NCBI RefSeq assembly: GCF_006345805.1
Contig: NC_043004.1
Span: 21,948,001 to 22,012,000 of the forward strand
Length of the DNA stretch: 64,000 nucleotides
Direction: 5' to 3'
Source of the DNA: Octopus sinensis
Lineage: Eukaryota
In this document: in pieces, positions 15,261-29,032 of the stretch
Position numbering within the stretch: the first letter of the stretch is position 1
Layout: each line of letters starts with the position of its first letter
The notes under the pieces: generated by a model
The model's database searches: none
Seen by the model: only the letters and a program-made list of their open reading frames with translations
Told to the model about the DNA's origin: nothing
Made by a program: the position numbers and the translations under genes

Positions 15261-16208
15261 ATTTGTATTCCACCTCAGAATAATACATAGGTAAATAAAC
15301 TGACCCGAAGTGAATAGGTTATATCTAAACATATATACAGAATAAAGTCATTAAAATGAATAGATTTTATCAGTTGTCAGCATATAAAAAACCTTATATG
15401 CTGGCCACTGATAAAATTCGTTAATAACCTAAGTAGGTTAGCTATGATGAAAACGAAATAATACCAAAATAAGCCGACAAGGAATCCATGCAGACTAGAA
15501 ATCCACAAACACTTCCCACTTTACAAGAATGAAAGTAAAGCCAGAATAAGGAGACTAAGATAAAAGTAATACGCAGTCGACCATTCCCGTCGTATATCTA
15601 TACTATAATGGAGAAAGCTGCTTATTAATTAGGTATGTAGCAATTACTAAAAGTACTAAGAAAAAACAATTATTAAGGGGTTCGCCGTCTGGAAATATTT
15701 TTAGAAATTCATGTTCTAAGAAATTTCCGATAATTTTGATTTCTCGAGTTGAATTTTTTTTTTACTACAATTCCTCGCAAATTTAAATATTCATTGCATT
15801 CACTGCGACCAATTCACAAATATAAATATTCATTGATATTCACTACGGAGTATTTCATTCTCATTTGCAAAGTCTCTCACTTTCTCTTTCAAGCTTTCAT
15901 TAGCTAGTTGGAAAACCGACAGTTTATTCTATTAATTTATATGTAATCTATTATTTATTATTCTCTTAATGTATGCGTAATTTATTATTTATTATTCTAT
16001 TAATGTATACGTAATTTATAAATGAGGTGTCAATAAAGAACCCATATTCACAAGGTGCCCGACATTATACTCTGCTAACTGTTTTCAATGGCACCTATTT
16101 ATTGGAGATATAGCATGATTTTTACTCACACACATAAACTCACACTCACAGACGCACATATATACACGTATATACGAATATGTATATATATATATATATC
16201 TATATCTA

Positions 16209-16249
<41 letters not shown>

Positions 16250-16310
16250 GTATATGTATATATATGTATATATATGTATATATATATGTATATATATATA
16301 TATATATATC

Positions 16311-16500
16311 AAGTTAATCTAAACATGAAAACACAAAGAGAAAGCACAACAACGGGAGGACGTGGAACAAATATAGTATTATTGAACGCTCAGGAAGGAA
16401 GGAAAGAAGGAGGGTTTAACGTTTCGAGAGGAGCTCTTCGTCAGAAACATAGGAAAAGGAAAGATCCAAAGAAGGGAAGACGGAGGAAAAAAATCGCCAA
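16311..16500 (-). mobile_element. Solo PLE pseudo-LTR fragment abutting (TA)n
   Basis: Shares GAAACGTTAAA...TTCCTGAGCG with the pLTR at 35005-35200 and carries a hammerhead-like core. Confidence 0.7.
16414..16448 (-). ncRNA. Minimal type-I hammerhead ribozyme variant
   Basis: GTTT-CTGACGA-A-GAG(CTCCT)CTC-GAAA-CG-TT-AAAC: canonical CUGANGA and GAAA core, helix I GTTT/AAAC, and a palindromic ACGT in place of helix III. Confidence 0.7.
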
Positions 16501-16516
16501 CGGTACACAAGTGGTC

Positions 16517-16768
16517 GGCGCATGGCTTAGCGGTTAGGGTGTCACCATTATGATCGTAAGATTGTGGTTTCAATTCCTGGACCGGGCGACACATTGTGTT
16601 CTTGAGCAAAACACTTCATATCACGGTGCTCCAGTCCACCCAGCTAACAAAAACGAGTAACGCTGCGATGGACTGGCGTCCCGGCCAGCTAGGGAATACC
16701 TACGCCATAGAAACCGGGAAACCGGGCCCGTGAGCCTGCCTGGGCTTTAAAAGGGCGCATTTATTTAC

Positions 16769-16770
<2 letters not shown>
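16517..16770 (+). mobile_element. tRNA-derived SINE
   Basis: GGCGCATGGCTTAGCGGTTAGGGTGTC...GGTTTCAATTCCTGGACCGGGCGAC...TTGAGCAAAACACTTCA...AAAAGGGCGCATTTATTT. Homologous to 32805-33052 on the minus strand. Confidence 0.85.
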
Positions 16771-16839
<69 letters not shown>

Positions 16840-17139
16840 TACAGATGTGTGTATTTGTGTGTATGTCTATTTACAGTGGTTTTAAGATCCTGGTGTAAAG
16901 CACTCGAACACCAGAGATTTCTAACAAATACAAATGAGCGCAAAATGAATATAAAAGATGGAGAAGTAATTATTGAGGGACAAATAAACATAGGCGAGTT
17001 GTTAAGTATATATTACTGGATGAAAATAGGGATTTACAGCTGATTAAAAATTCTGCTAATGGTTGCTGTTATACTGCATATTATGCAAAGAAGCGTAAAT
17101 AATGAGGCAATATTACACAAAAGCATAAACAACCAGCTG

Positions 17140-17443
17140 GTAGAATTGTTATCACGCCGGAAAAATGCTCAACAGCAGTTCTTTCGAGGGACGTTGTGAG
17201 TTCAAATGCCACTAGTGTCAGCTTTACGTTTCATTCTATTTGGATCGATAAAATTAGTGTCATATGAGAGCTAGCGTGAATGTAGTGGACTTTCACCATC
17301 CCCTGCAATTTCTGGATTCGTGCCAAAATTTGAAACCATTATTACAGAAAGCATATAAGACGGTGATATGGCAGAATCATTAGCAAGTTGGGCAAAATCC
17401 TAGATGGTATTTCGCCTGTCTTTACATTCTGAGTTCAAATTTA
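17140..17443 (+). mobile_element. Two adjacent diverged SINE copies (second is 3'-truncated)
   Basis: GCTGGTAGAATTGTTATCACGCCGG...GTGCCAAAATTTGAAACCATTATTA, then TGGCAGAATCATTAGC...GGTATTTCGCCTGTCTTTACATTCTGAGTTCAAATT. Confidence 0.7.
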
Positions 17444-17859
17444 GAGGAACACATACTTACATGGGGAAAATAGGCGGGGGAAACGAGGGACTAATGGAGA
17501 AATGAGTATGGTGCAATGGCAAGGAGAAATAATGCACAATGAAGAAAAATAGTTATGTTAGTAAGATGTGAAGAGAAAATGAAGAGAAAATGGAAGAGAA
17601 ATGAAATGAAAAAAGAAAATAGAAAAAGGGAGAATGGCAGACAAATGAGAGACCCAAGCGAGCAGTATGGTATCTTTTACTTACAGCGAGTGAAAGTCTG
17701 TACATATAAATAGGGAGAAAGTGGAGGAAATATAGATCAAAATAAGGAAAACTATCAAAGAGAACGCTGGTATCTAGTTCATAAAGGACTTGCTTCCCGT
17801 CAGCAGCAGATTAGTGATATGAGATGAAATGAGATGACGTCGAAACAACTATGAAACAC

Positions 17860-18050
17860 ATCCCCTCTGATTCTCATACAATTCTGCCAATCTACTCTCT
17901 AGGACTGGTATTGTGTTCATGGACCCTGAAATGATGAATGGCAATGCTGACTCACATGGATTTGAACTGAAATAGCAGTGAGTCGAAAAAAACAACACAA
18001 GCCATTTTATCGGACACGCCAAGCATTTGGTGAATTGGCTTCCATTGTTG
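17860..18050 (-). mobile_element. Highly diverged SINE
   Basis: GACCCTGAAATGATGAATGGCAATGCTGAC...TTTGAACTG...GCCAAGCATTT, weakly matching the same family. Confidence 0.5.
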
Positions 18051-20279
18051 TGAAAATTTAAAATTTTACATTATACAACAATTTTAGATAAAATAAATAT
18101 CTCCCATAAACGGTCTAGACACTTTAATGGACCATATTAATTATCTAAAATATATTTATTATTTTTTCCGACGGAAACTTCAACGTCTATTACTAATTAT
18201 GAGCAATTGCACAGATTGTAATATCGCATACTCAGAATTATAAAACCACCCCGCTTCTATTACTGAATACAGCCTAATCTATGATACACATAGGACAACT
18301 TTCTCCTTGCCCTATACACACAAGAAAAATCCATTATATAATATACACAATAATAGAGAAAAACTGGCTATTGGGACATGAATCTAATCAAAATGATTCA
18401 AACATGCCACAAGTACATATTCAGGAATAGTTTGAGTTTCCAAAATGTAAATATATACTGTGCATTAATGGCAAATTATTGTGCAACATTTTAGCATGTA
18501 AATATCATATGAATTGTTATCAATCACTAACAAGCAGTTTATAAATTATACATACCTATTTATCACTCTTAAAACTATTCTGTCTGCTGGCTACATTCAA
18601 TATATTTTACTTCATCCTGTATAACATAAAAAAGAGAGATTTTTTTCTCATGTACAAATTCAATAGCCTGAGGTGTTATCACAAGTATTTGGAAGTCAAA
18701 TATTTCGAGGTTTTTTTTTTTTAAATCAATAGAAATATTGCTCAGGAGATATATTGTATGCAGTAAAGTATTAGAAAATATTTTCATTCTTTATTTACTG
18801 ATTCTACTTTTTTCGTTCATGAATGTATTCGGAAATTAAACGACAAAGTCTGCTTTCCAATTGTTTCATTACACAAAATAATGTTAGTAATGATTTAAAG
18901 GCAATATAAGTTTTGTGGGTCGCTAGGAAGATTAGAAAACAAGTATATTATTTTTGGATACTGATTTGCGACGAAGTTGGGTTGCGAAACACTGATTTGT
19001 GCAGTACATTAACAAAAAGCAAATATATTTCAGTTTGTTTTCGCACATCAATTTCTTGTTAAATATTTCTTATATATGTGTGTATTACTGTTATGTTTCT
19101 TATGAACCATCTCCAATATCTTCTTGCTGAAGGAATTGTTACTATTTACTGATTCTTGATGAAATTATTGCCTCCAACTTTGACTTTGTCACGGCTACAT
19201 TCACCCGCTGACAAGTTTTGCAAAACATAAAGATTAATCTAAGCAAATGATTTGCTCCAGCAGCCACCTTCCACTTATTGATTTTCTTCAATAAACATCC
19301 TGTATATCGCACTTAAATTCCTGAAATACAGAAAGTACTAATACATTCAGATGGAAAGATGTGTGTCCTTCATAATGTGTTCGTCATAATATATTCTGCT
19401 TTGAAGAATTATATAAATATGTTTTGAATGGATAAACAAAATTATTCAAACGATTTCCTTTTCATTTTAAGTACCAAATCAACTTAAAGCATCAGTATTC
19501 GATACAGCTTGCCTCTTCTAGTAAGATATATGAAGATATTTGTATATTCAGAAAAAAGAATTGGAAGCCAATTTCAGGGTGTCTAGACAGTAAATATAGA
19601 AAATTAATACATACCACAATAAAAACAAGCGTTAAATCTTGTAGGAATGTGATGCTATGAAGTAGTTGTAGTATTAGGTCAATAATAAAATATATTAATA
19701 CCAATTCATTTGAGTTTCTCTATTGGCAATTCAACTGCTTATTTGGTGAGGTGCACAAATGGTAGTGCCATTAAAGTAGAAGTATTATTACTTTGTAGTA
19801 ACCATTGCAATTCTATATGCTCAAGGTTCAAATCTAACCGGTCAGATTTCCGTAGCATTATTCTTGGCATTTTCACTTTTTGGAGAAAAAAACTCGTACG
19901 CTCAAAACTCAAGAGGTGTGGGCACAGCCAGATCCAGAAATGTCAAAGGCACGTAGTATGTCAGGACAGCGTTCTTACGATTGTATGAGCAATTACGAAT
20001 CTTTGGCAGAGCTTAGAAAACCATCCTAATTTATATCACGAAACCAAATAAACAAAATTGTATTTTTTTCGATGAGGAAGGGGAACTTTCAATTCAAGTG
20101 AATATTACATGAAACATTACGCATCACTAGCTTCTAGGCCAAATCATAGTGGACTAGAAAGATTAGACAACATGTAGAATGGAATAAATTAGGAAGAACG
20201 TCTTTAGATGGATGAACGCCAAGTAAACGGAAATGTTATAAACATTATCACGTACGATTAATCCTGACATCGAAATGAG

Positions 20280-20435
20280 AATGAATCATCGTCATTATCA
20301 TCATCATCAGTAACATCATCATTGTTGTCATCGTCATGGTCATCAACACAGTCTACCACTTCATGATGATGGTGATGACAATGATCATGATGATTATGAT
20401 AATTATGATTATGATGATGATGATCATCATCATGC
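20280..20435. repeat. Imperfect (ATC/ATG)n trinucleotide repeat
   Basis: Visible runs. This explains the His/Asp-rich ORF at 20258-20443. Confidence 0.85.
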
Positions 20436-22565
20436 TGATACATAGTATTGATATTTTAACTAACTAAGTTTGGCTTTCTAACAGTGTCTAGAATAAGCAG
20501 CATTTTCCCGCTTCTCTCCTATATGTCCCTTTCCGTTCTCAATATCGAGCATTATTATGCATCGTGAATATTATTGAACCAAGTAAACGTTTTTCTGCAC
20601 AGTAGAAAGCAGATAAAAACGTATCCTTCCAATGATTTCTTTCAAATTGTTAGTAATAGTAGCTATGGCTATAGGATAAAATGTTTAGCTTCATTGTTCT
20701 AGCATTTGCAGTTTTTAAATTGCAATTCGGTATAACTGTCTACTTTGTTCCGTTTTCTTGATTGATGTAACAACTTGGCATGTCATATCGGTTACAAGAA
20801 ATATTTTCGAATCGATGTCTACAGTATCGACGATGTGCTCTATACTTCTTCCGGTCTCTCTGGATGTGACACATATCAACCACATTCAATCATTTTCGAA
20901 GACTTTCTTTTCTTTTCCGAATAAATGGTCATAGCTCTATTCTGTGAAGGCATAACGAAACTTACAAAAATCTCTGAGAATTATTGCAGTAACCTTATGT
21001 CATCATTTTTTGTATCTATCCTGAATAAATATGAGCATTCAGCATTCCAGTAAAATGAGGCGTGTAGTCTTATTTGTATCATTGCATATTCTGTATTTAG
21101 ATGAATACTCCTGCTTATTTACCATTATTTTAAAATTTCTTTCTTCAATATTCCATTCATTAACACGAGCCAGCGGTTCTTATCATTCCTTAATACTTTT
21201 TGTAATTTTTGGAAAACGGTCTGTACAAATTACTTAAGTAGACAAACGCTTTTCTTCTCAGTAGAAAGATAGGATTACTTTCTCTAGTTCTACTAATCCT
21301 TTCAGCATTCATTAGTCTCCAGCTTTTGCCTGTTTTTTTTTTCCAGTATAATTGTCCACATCAGATCGGGAGCGCATTAGCTGTGCATTGTAAACTAATT
21401 CCTCATGTGCTGATATCCCACAATTCATTTAATGATTCTTGCGTCATAAATTAATAATAGCACTACACTACGTTGATTGTTTCTATGGCATTTCATGCAT
21501 TTAGTTTGAATTTTAAAATCGTTCATTTCCCCACAACAGAATAGATGGTATTCTCTGAAGTGATGTTTCTTTCTTGTGAGCATAATGAGTGACGGCACTG
21601 GAATCTAGGTGCAGGCGAGATTATTATTACTTTAGTATTAGTCGGTGGTTGCCTATATTTTGGTATGATTTCAAAGCTTTTAACAAGCGCGTTACTTGTG
21701 TTTTTAAAATACGTACCAATTGCTTGACGCCTTTGTTGCACAGCCATTCACGTAAAAGCGATTAACATACTCCACATTTTGAAATAAGTAAGTTTGGAAA
21801 GTAAAAAGACCTGGGTTATAACTTAAAGATATAAAAAAAAAAACTGAACGCAAAATATTTAAAATGCCATGAAGAGTAGTTTCTCTGTAAAACACAACTG
21901 AAGTGGGACGTTGAATATACTTGCTTCAGCTTTCATCGTACTCTGCTGCACGGAGAAAAGATATGATCTATCGCATAGAAAATAGAGTATCTGTCATTTT
22001 ATATTATTGTCTATAATCAATACATTCTGAGAATAGTTTCATACCAAACGTTATTGCTCTGCTTATGTAAACAGCAACGTTCTATTCGTTTCTCTCCTTT
22101 AGATATTTCATACTGCACTGTCATATTCGTTTAAGATATTATTATCTTCTTTCGTCCTTCAGTATTACAGAAAACATCTTGTATGTTAAAAGAGCTTGCT
22201 TAGAATGTGAATATAACAAAAATATTTCACTATCTTAAAACTTAATTTTCTCGTTATATAAAAACAATTATCGTCTTATCGAAATCATTTTTCAACATTG
22301 AAATATATAAAATCCTGCATATTTCTTGAAAATATTTTAGACTCTAAAGCGATCAAATGAAGCAAAATTAGGACGCTTTTTTCCTATTAATTCCATACTA
22401 TTGCAAATATTTAGAATTTTTTCTGTCTGATATCCTGCTGATCATCTAGGGATCTTGCTTTGATGCAATGATTTGATTATATGAACCGCATTTCGTACTG
22501 TCACGTCGACTCTCATACTGGTGATACTCACGCACTCACACACGCACATATATACATGCATACAT

Positions 22566-22636
<71 letters not shown>

Positions 22637-22863
22637 CATACATATATCGAGATAAAGAGAGAGAGAGAGATTGTTACCTACCTGCACGCATAATACATAC
22701 ATACATTAATATATATACATATATGTATGTATGTACATATGTATGTATATATATATATGTGTGTGTGTGCGCGTGTTTGTGCCTGTGTATGTGTAAGGTT
22801 TCAAGTGAATCAAGTGAAGTCGCTATCGTGTACAAAGTAAAATTAAAGGAACATATACGTACG

Positions 22864-23185
22864 TAGGCGCTATATTAGCTGTGTGCTAAGTACTTTGATT
22901 CCCAACGACATGATTCCGGGTTCAGTCCCACTGCGTGACATCTTGGGCAAGTATCCTCTACTATAGCCTCGGACTGACCAAACTCTTGTCAATGGATTTG
23001 GTAGACGGAAACTGGAAGAAGCCCGTCGTAAATATAGAATACATATACGTATATGTGTGTGTGTGTGTATTTGTATCTGTGTTTGCCCCCCCCCCTTAAC
23101 AACCGATGTTGGTGTGTTTACGTTCCCGTAACTTAGCGATGCTCCAGCATTGCCGCAGCCAAAGTAACTGAAAAAAGTAGAAGAA
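22864..23185 (+). mobile_element. SINE (same family as 11162)
   Basis: TAGGCGC..GCTGTGTGCTAAG...GGGTTCAGTCCCACTGCGTGACATCTTGGGCAAG...GGTAGACGGAAACTGGAAGAAGCCCGTCG. Confidence 0.85.
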
Positions 23186-23464
23186 TAAATGAATAAATGT
23201 ACATACCGAAGTAGGGACGGATTTATATTCCAGTTGAACATACGAGCACAAGCGTTTTACGTAAATTCGTCTCCATGTAAAAGCATCCTTACTCCCAGTT
23301 CTGTGTTCTTGTCCCGCAGACATTACAGAGAGGGTTTACAACTGTATGGCAGCTTACCATTTACCATCTTCGTAGATAAACCTTGTACCTTGACGTCTCC
23401 GGTTGGGACTTGGGTGCAGATCGTATAAATGAAGCAAAACCAAGCAAAAACATATAATGAGGAT

Positions 23465-23815
23465 GATGATGATGATAATAATAATAATAATAATGCAATT
23501 ATTGTATACAGTGCTCAGGTGCACCACAACTTGTCAAAATGTGCGCATAAAGTATATGCAGTAATGTACAAATGTCTGGAAAGCGAATAGTGTATGAGTC
23601 AGATATATGCTTGCGTGTGTATGGAGGGGAGAAAATCAGGTGTAGTGTTGGCGAATCTCAGGAAGCAGGGAAGTCTTGAAGGATGCAGTGCTCCGACAAA
23701 TAACAATTGATGCCGGCAGATTGTTCCATGCTTCAGCAACTCTTAGCGTGAAAAAATGGGAGCTGTGCTGTTTTCTAACTTTGTAAACATGTCCACGAGT
23801 GTTAGACAGGTGGAG
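23465..23815 (-). mobile_element. CR1-clade LINE 3' terminal fragment
   Basis: Minus-strand frame TRGHVYKVRKQHSSHFFTLRVAEAWNNLPASIVICRSTASFKTSL matches the CR1 ORF2 C-terminal motif (TRGH..K...FF..RV...WN.LP..V....S...FK). It is followed by a 3' UTR and an (ATT)n/(ATC)n tail. Confidence 0.85.
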
Positions 23816-26800
23816 TTGATGATGATGAAATACATGAATAGAAATGTGCACATTCGTGAGGAATTGAAATGGTAATAGAAATCGAAATAAACTACATTTA
23901 TATATCCTATAAGCTTCTGTGCAAAGAAATATTGTTGCCTGTGTTTCAGTGTATCTAATTCATAAAAAAACCCACCTTAGTAGTGGTGGACTAACAGCAG
24001 CGGAGGAATATATACTCTACTGACAAGCTATCCTTAAATTTTGATTCTGAATTGTGCTGAGTTCGTCTTTGTGCTTTTTATTTTTTCACATACGCAATAT
24101 AAATACCAGTAACATCTTAAACTCCATATAATAAATTATATCTCTCCAACGCACACAATTTCTATGTTCTTTCTAATATTTGAAATCAATATAAAATGCA
24201 CGGAAACCTCTCATTATTTGGTGGGAATACCCACAATTCGTATAATGAAATTTTGTGAGAGAGAAAAAAATCAATTTATATTTGATTAGAAGAGCTATAA
24301 TGAAATTAAAACTAACATTTGTAGACAAATACTGTATACCGAACCTTGAACTTATAATTGTAGGACTTAGTTATTGTAAATGGTAACTGGGATATGGCCA
24401 TTATTGATCATTCATTTTTAGTAATCAGTGCATAATTCTTCCCTAGATTCCAGTTTTTCACATATTAGAGGAATTATTGCAATGCGTTAAATATCCTTCA
24501 TGCATTTGTATGTAGTTGTTGTTTTATGAAATTTATAGTAAGGAAGATTTCGATAGAATGAAAGAGAATGTGGCCATTCTTTTATTCATCGATAGCCGAA
24601 CCGTAATAACCAAGCTATGCTTCATTGCATATAAATTAAAGTTTTCTTTTTCGTTAAAACTTATACAATATATTTCCTTAATAGATCTGTATTAATGTAT
24701 AGAAATATGTGTCTCTGTAAAGTACATATTAATATTTCATGCACAAAACACGCATATACACACACACACAGACACACCACGCACAAGAATCAGTTCCATG
24801 TAGTTTCAATGTGATCAAAAACAATTTTATCGAGAACAATATATTCTGTTATCATGAAATTCTTTTAAGAGTCACCAACACCAAACAATTCTAGTAGAGA
24901 AACAATGGTGAAGATGAATCAATATGAAGCCATGGAATATAACCGAAGATTACATACGAAAATCATGTAAAGGATGCGTTGTCGTTATTAGTAACAATAC
25001 AAACTTCATCCCACACTCGTTATTTGAATTATTTTGGATTTGCTGATATTTGTCGGTTCATGACGAAGGGAAATAGTTCCCATATTAAAAAGACAATAAA
25101 TATAAAAAATATAACAATAGCAGGAAAAGTGAATAGTATATGAGGAGTAATCTTTTTCTACAATATGTAGTTCTGATTGATGTGCAGAGAACTATTTATA
25201 AGAACGTTTTCTACATCATTTTTCATGACATGAACATAAGAAAAAGCAGTAAATATATGGTGTATTTGTCTGAAAGAAAATTTCGGTTTAGTTTATAGTT
25301 TACACAATATTTAAATGTTGACTACATATTTTAACTATTTTTTCATTTTAAAGATTAACCATTTTATTCAAATACATATATTTTTGCTAAGGCAAAATTG
25401 CATGATATACTATGAAAGCGATTTATCTATGGCAGATATCTCGCAGCAAGTAGAATACAAAAGAAAATATATTTATGCCCCAGAAGCTCACTATTTTTAA
25501 TGATAATCTCTGGCATCATTATCAGATTACGTAATATAGAATTATTTTATCACAATGTATATCATCTCCTTATGTCTGTATTCTTTAACTATCTATTGGT
25601 TGTTATACGGATAAACATTGACAGTTATAATATACAGTAGGTGATAATATCACAGCATGTTAAATATACAGTAAACAATCTGTAGCGACAAAATTGCCGG
25701 CAGGGTGTGGTATTCGGAAATTAATTCCAGAATTTAATGTTCATATTTACAGACATGCCTATTGACGAAGTCATTATTATGTGTTTAAAAGCTGTGCTTC
25801 AGTTCGATAATGTTTTGGCCCGATTTCAGTGCTCGGGAACACGAGCAAGTGTCTTTTAATTTAGTGTGTGTTTCACTTAAACATTTGTAATCGAAAATGA
25901 TGTAAGGCAACTATCAAACCATTTCTCTTCTACGGGGATAAAATTAATCCATTACCCAATATTCACACCACTACCTGGATCACAAAAAGCGGTGTCTTCT
26001 GTGATTTGCAGTTGTTTTGTCCATGTTTCTGGGCGGAAGTTATCCCAGAAGTCACAAAAACTCTGAAATTTGTCATCTACCCTTCTCATTGAATTGACTC
26101 GATATATATGTGTGTGGGGGTTCTTGTGTGTCTGTGTTTATGTGTGTGTGTGTGCTTGGGTGCCTGTAGGGATGTGTGGGGGGTGTTCCTGGGTGCTTGT
26201 AAGTGTCTAAATATAAGTATCATTGAAAAAGGTTTTGATGCAAGATAATGGGTCTTGACAATAAACAACTGGAAGTATGGAACACAAAAGCTCTCGTGTT
26301 TCCATTACTAGTAATGAGCAATAAAACCTCACGCCAAGGGAAACCTGCTTTGTTTTGTTTTTGTTGAAACCTTCTTTAGAACCGGTTTCAAAGGAAGGTA
26401 ATAGATATTAGTTTCTCGGTTATTGCATCTCAAAACTACATCAAAATGCTGCTTTTAAGTATATTCCGCAATAAAACACCGTTGCGAAGAATCAACAGAT
26501 TCTGCTCCAAATAGATAACTATTTATTACAATATAAATGTTTAATAAAAGTATTATAAAGCTGACAAAGCTTCAATCAGTTGTAAACTTTAGGTAAGTCG
26601 TTTTATCAATCTACTGAACCAATATTTTGCAGAGTGTCAGGGCATATTACCATAGATGAAATTAATTTCTCTGCAAAGATTCAGTCATCCAACTACAAGA
26701 TGACACGCCTCCACCCTTCTGTTATTGTTGCGTTGGAATACTTATTACGATTTGTAATATGAAATTAAGAGCAGACAGTTTCCACATAATTCATCTAAGT

Positions 26801-28814
26801 AACATACTTCACACTACGACTATTATTGGTGATATAAATTATACAGATAACTGAACTCTTTCTTCTAAGAAAGCTCAACTATTGCTTTAGCAAATTGAAG
26901 AAGTTACACAATAATTCGGAGAGCACGCCAATGACAAAAGGACTGGACTTTACGACTTTCTATTTGCAAAAGGAACATATTCATGTCATCAAAGAAAGCA
27001 ACTGTGGAATGTGTAAATCGTTTCAAATATCTGGGAACCAGAATAGAAATCACAAAGGGAGACAGTATAGTAATATCTGAATTGGCATAATCATATGTAA
27101 TGAAAATTAAGCCTGCTATTTGAAAGTCAAATTAAGTTGGTAAGTAAAAAATACAGTATTCAAATCTTCTAAGGAAAGCATATTCGTATACGAATATGAA
27201 TTGTATATGAATCAGAACAGTGAACATTTACTGTAGTAAATAGAAGGCAGACTAGCTTGATCGTATACCTAGGTGTTAAGGGGATGGGTGAAAATATTTC
27301 TTTTGTGCAATATTAGTGAACAGTGAATTATATGGGAAATGCCATTATTAATAAAAAAACTATAACTCAACGCAGACTTAAATTAGGAGAACAATGTTGT
27401 CGAAGAAAAGATGATGTTGTACTTCGACTATCATTATGGAAACCAGTAAAATAAAAAGAAAAAGAGAGACGTCGTCAGACATATGTACAACAGAAGCTTC
27501 AGGCCACGTAACTTGAAAAAAAAACCCGTTGCAGACATAATAGAAGACAGGAAAGTGTTGAACTGACTTTATCTTTGAGATCTGAGTGCGCACGCCATGA
27601 TGATGATAGATATATGGTTATGTATAATTTTTAATAGAGAATAACATATTTATCTTTGATCAGTTTGAAAGTAATTACCAGGATCAGGCGCCAATGAGAT
27701 AAAATCTTTAAAACATTGTTTTAACATTCTCTCGAAATTTGTTTCTCGTCTTTTAACTATAGCAATTTTTGTGTATCACATCTGTAAATGCATATAAAAT
27801 AGTTCAGTAAATTTGCAAATCGAAGTATCAGACACAACCTAGAAGAAATAAATATCAGAAAACCAAACGTCCTTTCATCTTAAAAGTGATCCACCTAAAC
27901 TGTGTATGGGCAAAATGGTTATATGCAATAATATTGATTATATACTTTAATCTGAAGTTACACTGTGGCTGATCAGTGAACGTATATATTTACCCAATAA
28001 TAAATATGTAAGAGAGTCCTGACAAATTTGAGCTATAGGAAATGCTGTGGAAATATATTTTCAATAGTAAAATCTTGTTCATAAATTTATATTTACGGTA
28101 GCATAATACATAACTCAAAATTATTGGTACTTACTATTTCAGATAGACGTGCTTGTGCCAAATGTATCTATCACAACTGAGCAATGTGTACTAATATATG
28201 CACACATACGTGTGTGTACGTGTGTGCGCGCGCGTGTGTATGTATGTGTCTGTGTGTGTGTGTGTGTGTGTGTGTCTATTAAATGATTTCTATCACTCAC
28301 TGGATGGAGAGCGTTTGATATTTGTTGTATCATTATATCTAGATATACGTTTTAGCATTTTTTTACTTCACCATCTAAATATTTCATTTAAAGCTTGCTC
28401 AGTATCTGTAGATAGTCTTGTGCAAGTACAATTTACACAATATGTGATCAAATAAGAAAAGTTGTCACATTGTTTGCTATAAAAATGTAAACTATGGTCT
28501 CGAAAACTGACCATACAGATAATATTCAAAATCTCATTATTTTGACTAAGATATCTGTATTGAGGAGAGTTAATAAAACGAAAACATGTATGTAATTGTC
28601 ACTTTGGGTGATAACAGAAGAGAGGACGCTGAGAATGGTAGAAGGTATATAGCCTTGGTTTAACGTTCAATTCTTCTTAACTTATCCCCACCACAAACAA
28701 AAATATACTTAGAAGTGAATGCTAGACATTTACGCTGTTAATATTAACAATACTTAGTCAAATAGGATTACAGTAAAGTACGATTGCGGAAGAGCATAAA
28801 ATGCACTCAGCTCT

Positions 28815-28823
28815 CAAAAGAGT

Positions 28824-28901
<78 letters not shown>

Positions 28902-28932
28902 ATATATATATATATATGATATATATATATAT

Positions 28933-28974
<42 letters not shown>

Positions 28975-28978
28975 TATA

Positions 28979-29030
<52 letters not shown>
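28815..29030. repeat. (TA)n microsatellite
   Basis: Directly visible. Confidence 0.95.

Positions 29031-29032
<2 letters not shown>

Noticed and set aside
19150-19322. Strong minus-strand acceptor (TTTCTGTATTTCAG) suggesting an exon
   Set aside because: All three frames stop within 15 codons and there is no homology. It could only be a terminal or non-coding exon.
20258-20443. His/Asp-rich ORF resembling a metal-binding peptide
   Set aside because: Imperfect ATC/ATG trinucleotide repeat with no splice or homology support.
20500-21800. Possible ancient RTE-type LINE on the minus strand (QKLQKVLRNDKNRWL)
   Set aside because: Only short ambiguous motifs among many stops. A profile-HMM or tBLASTn search is needed.
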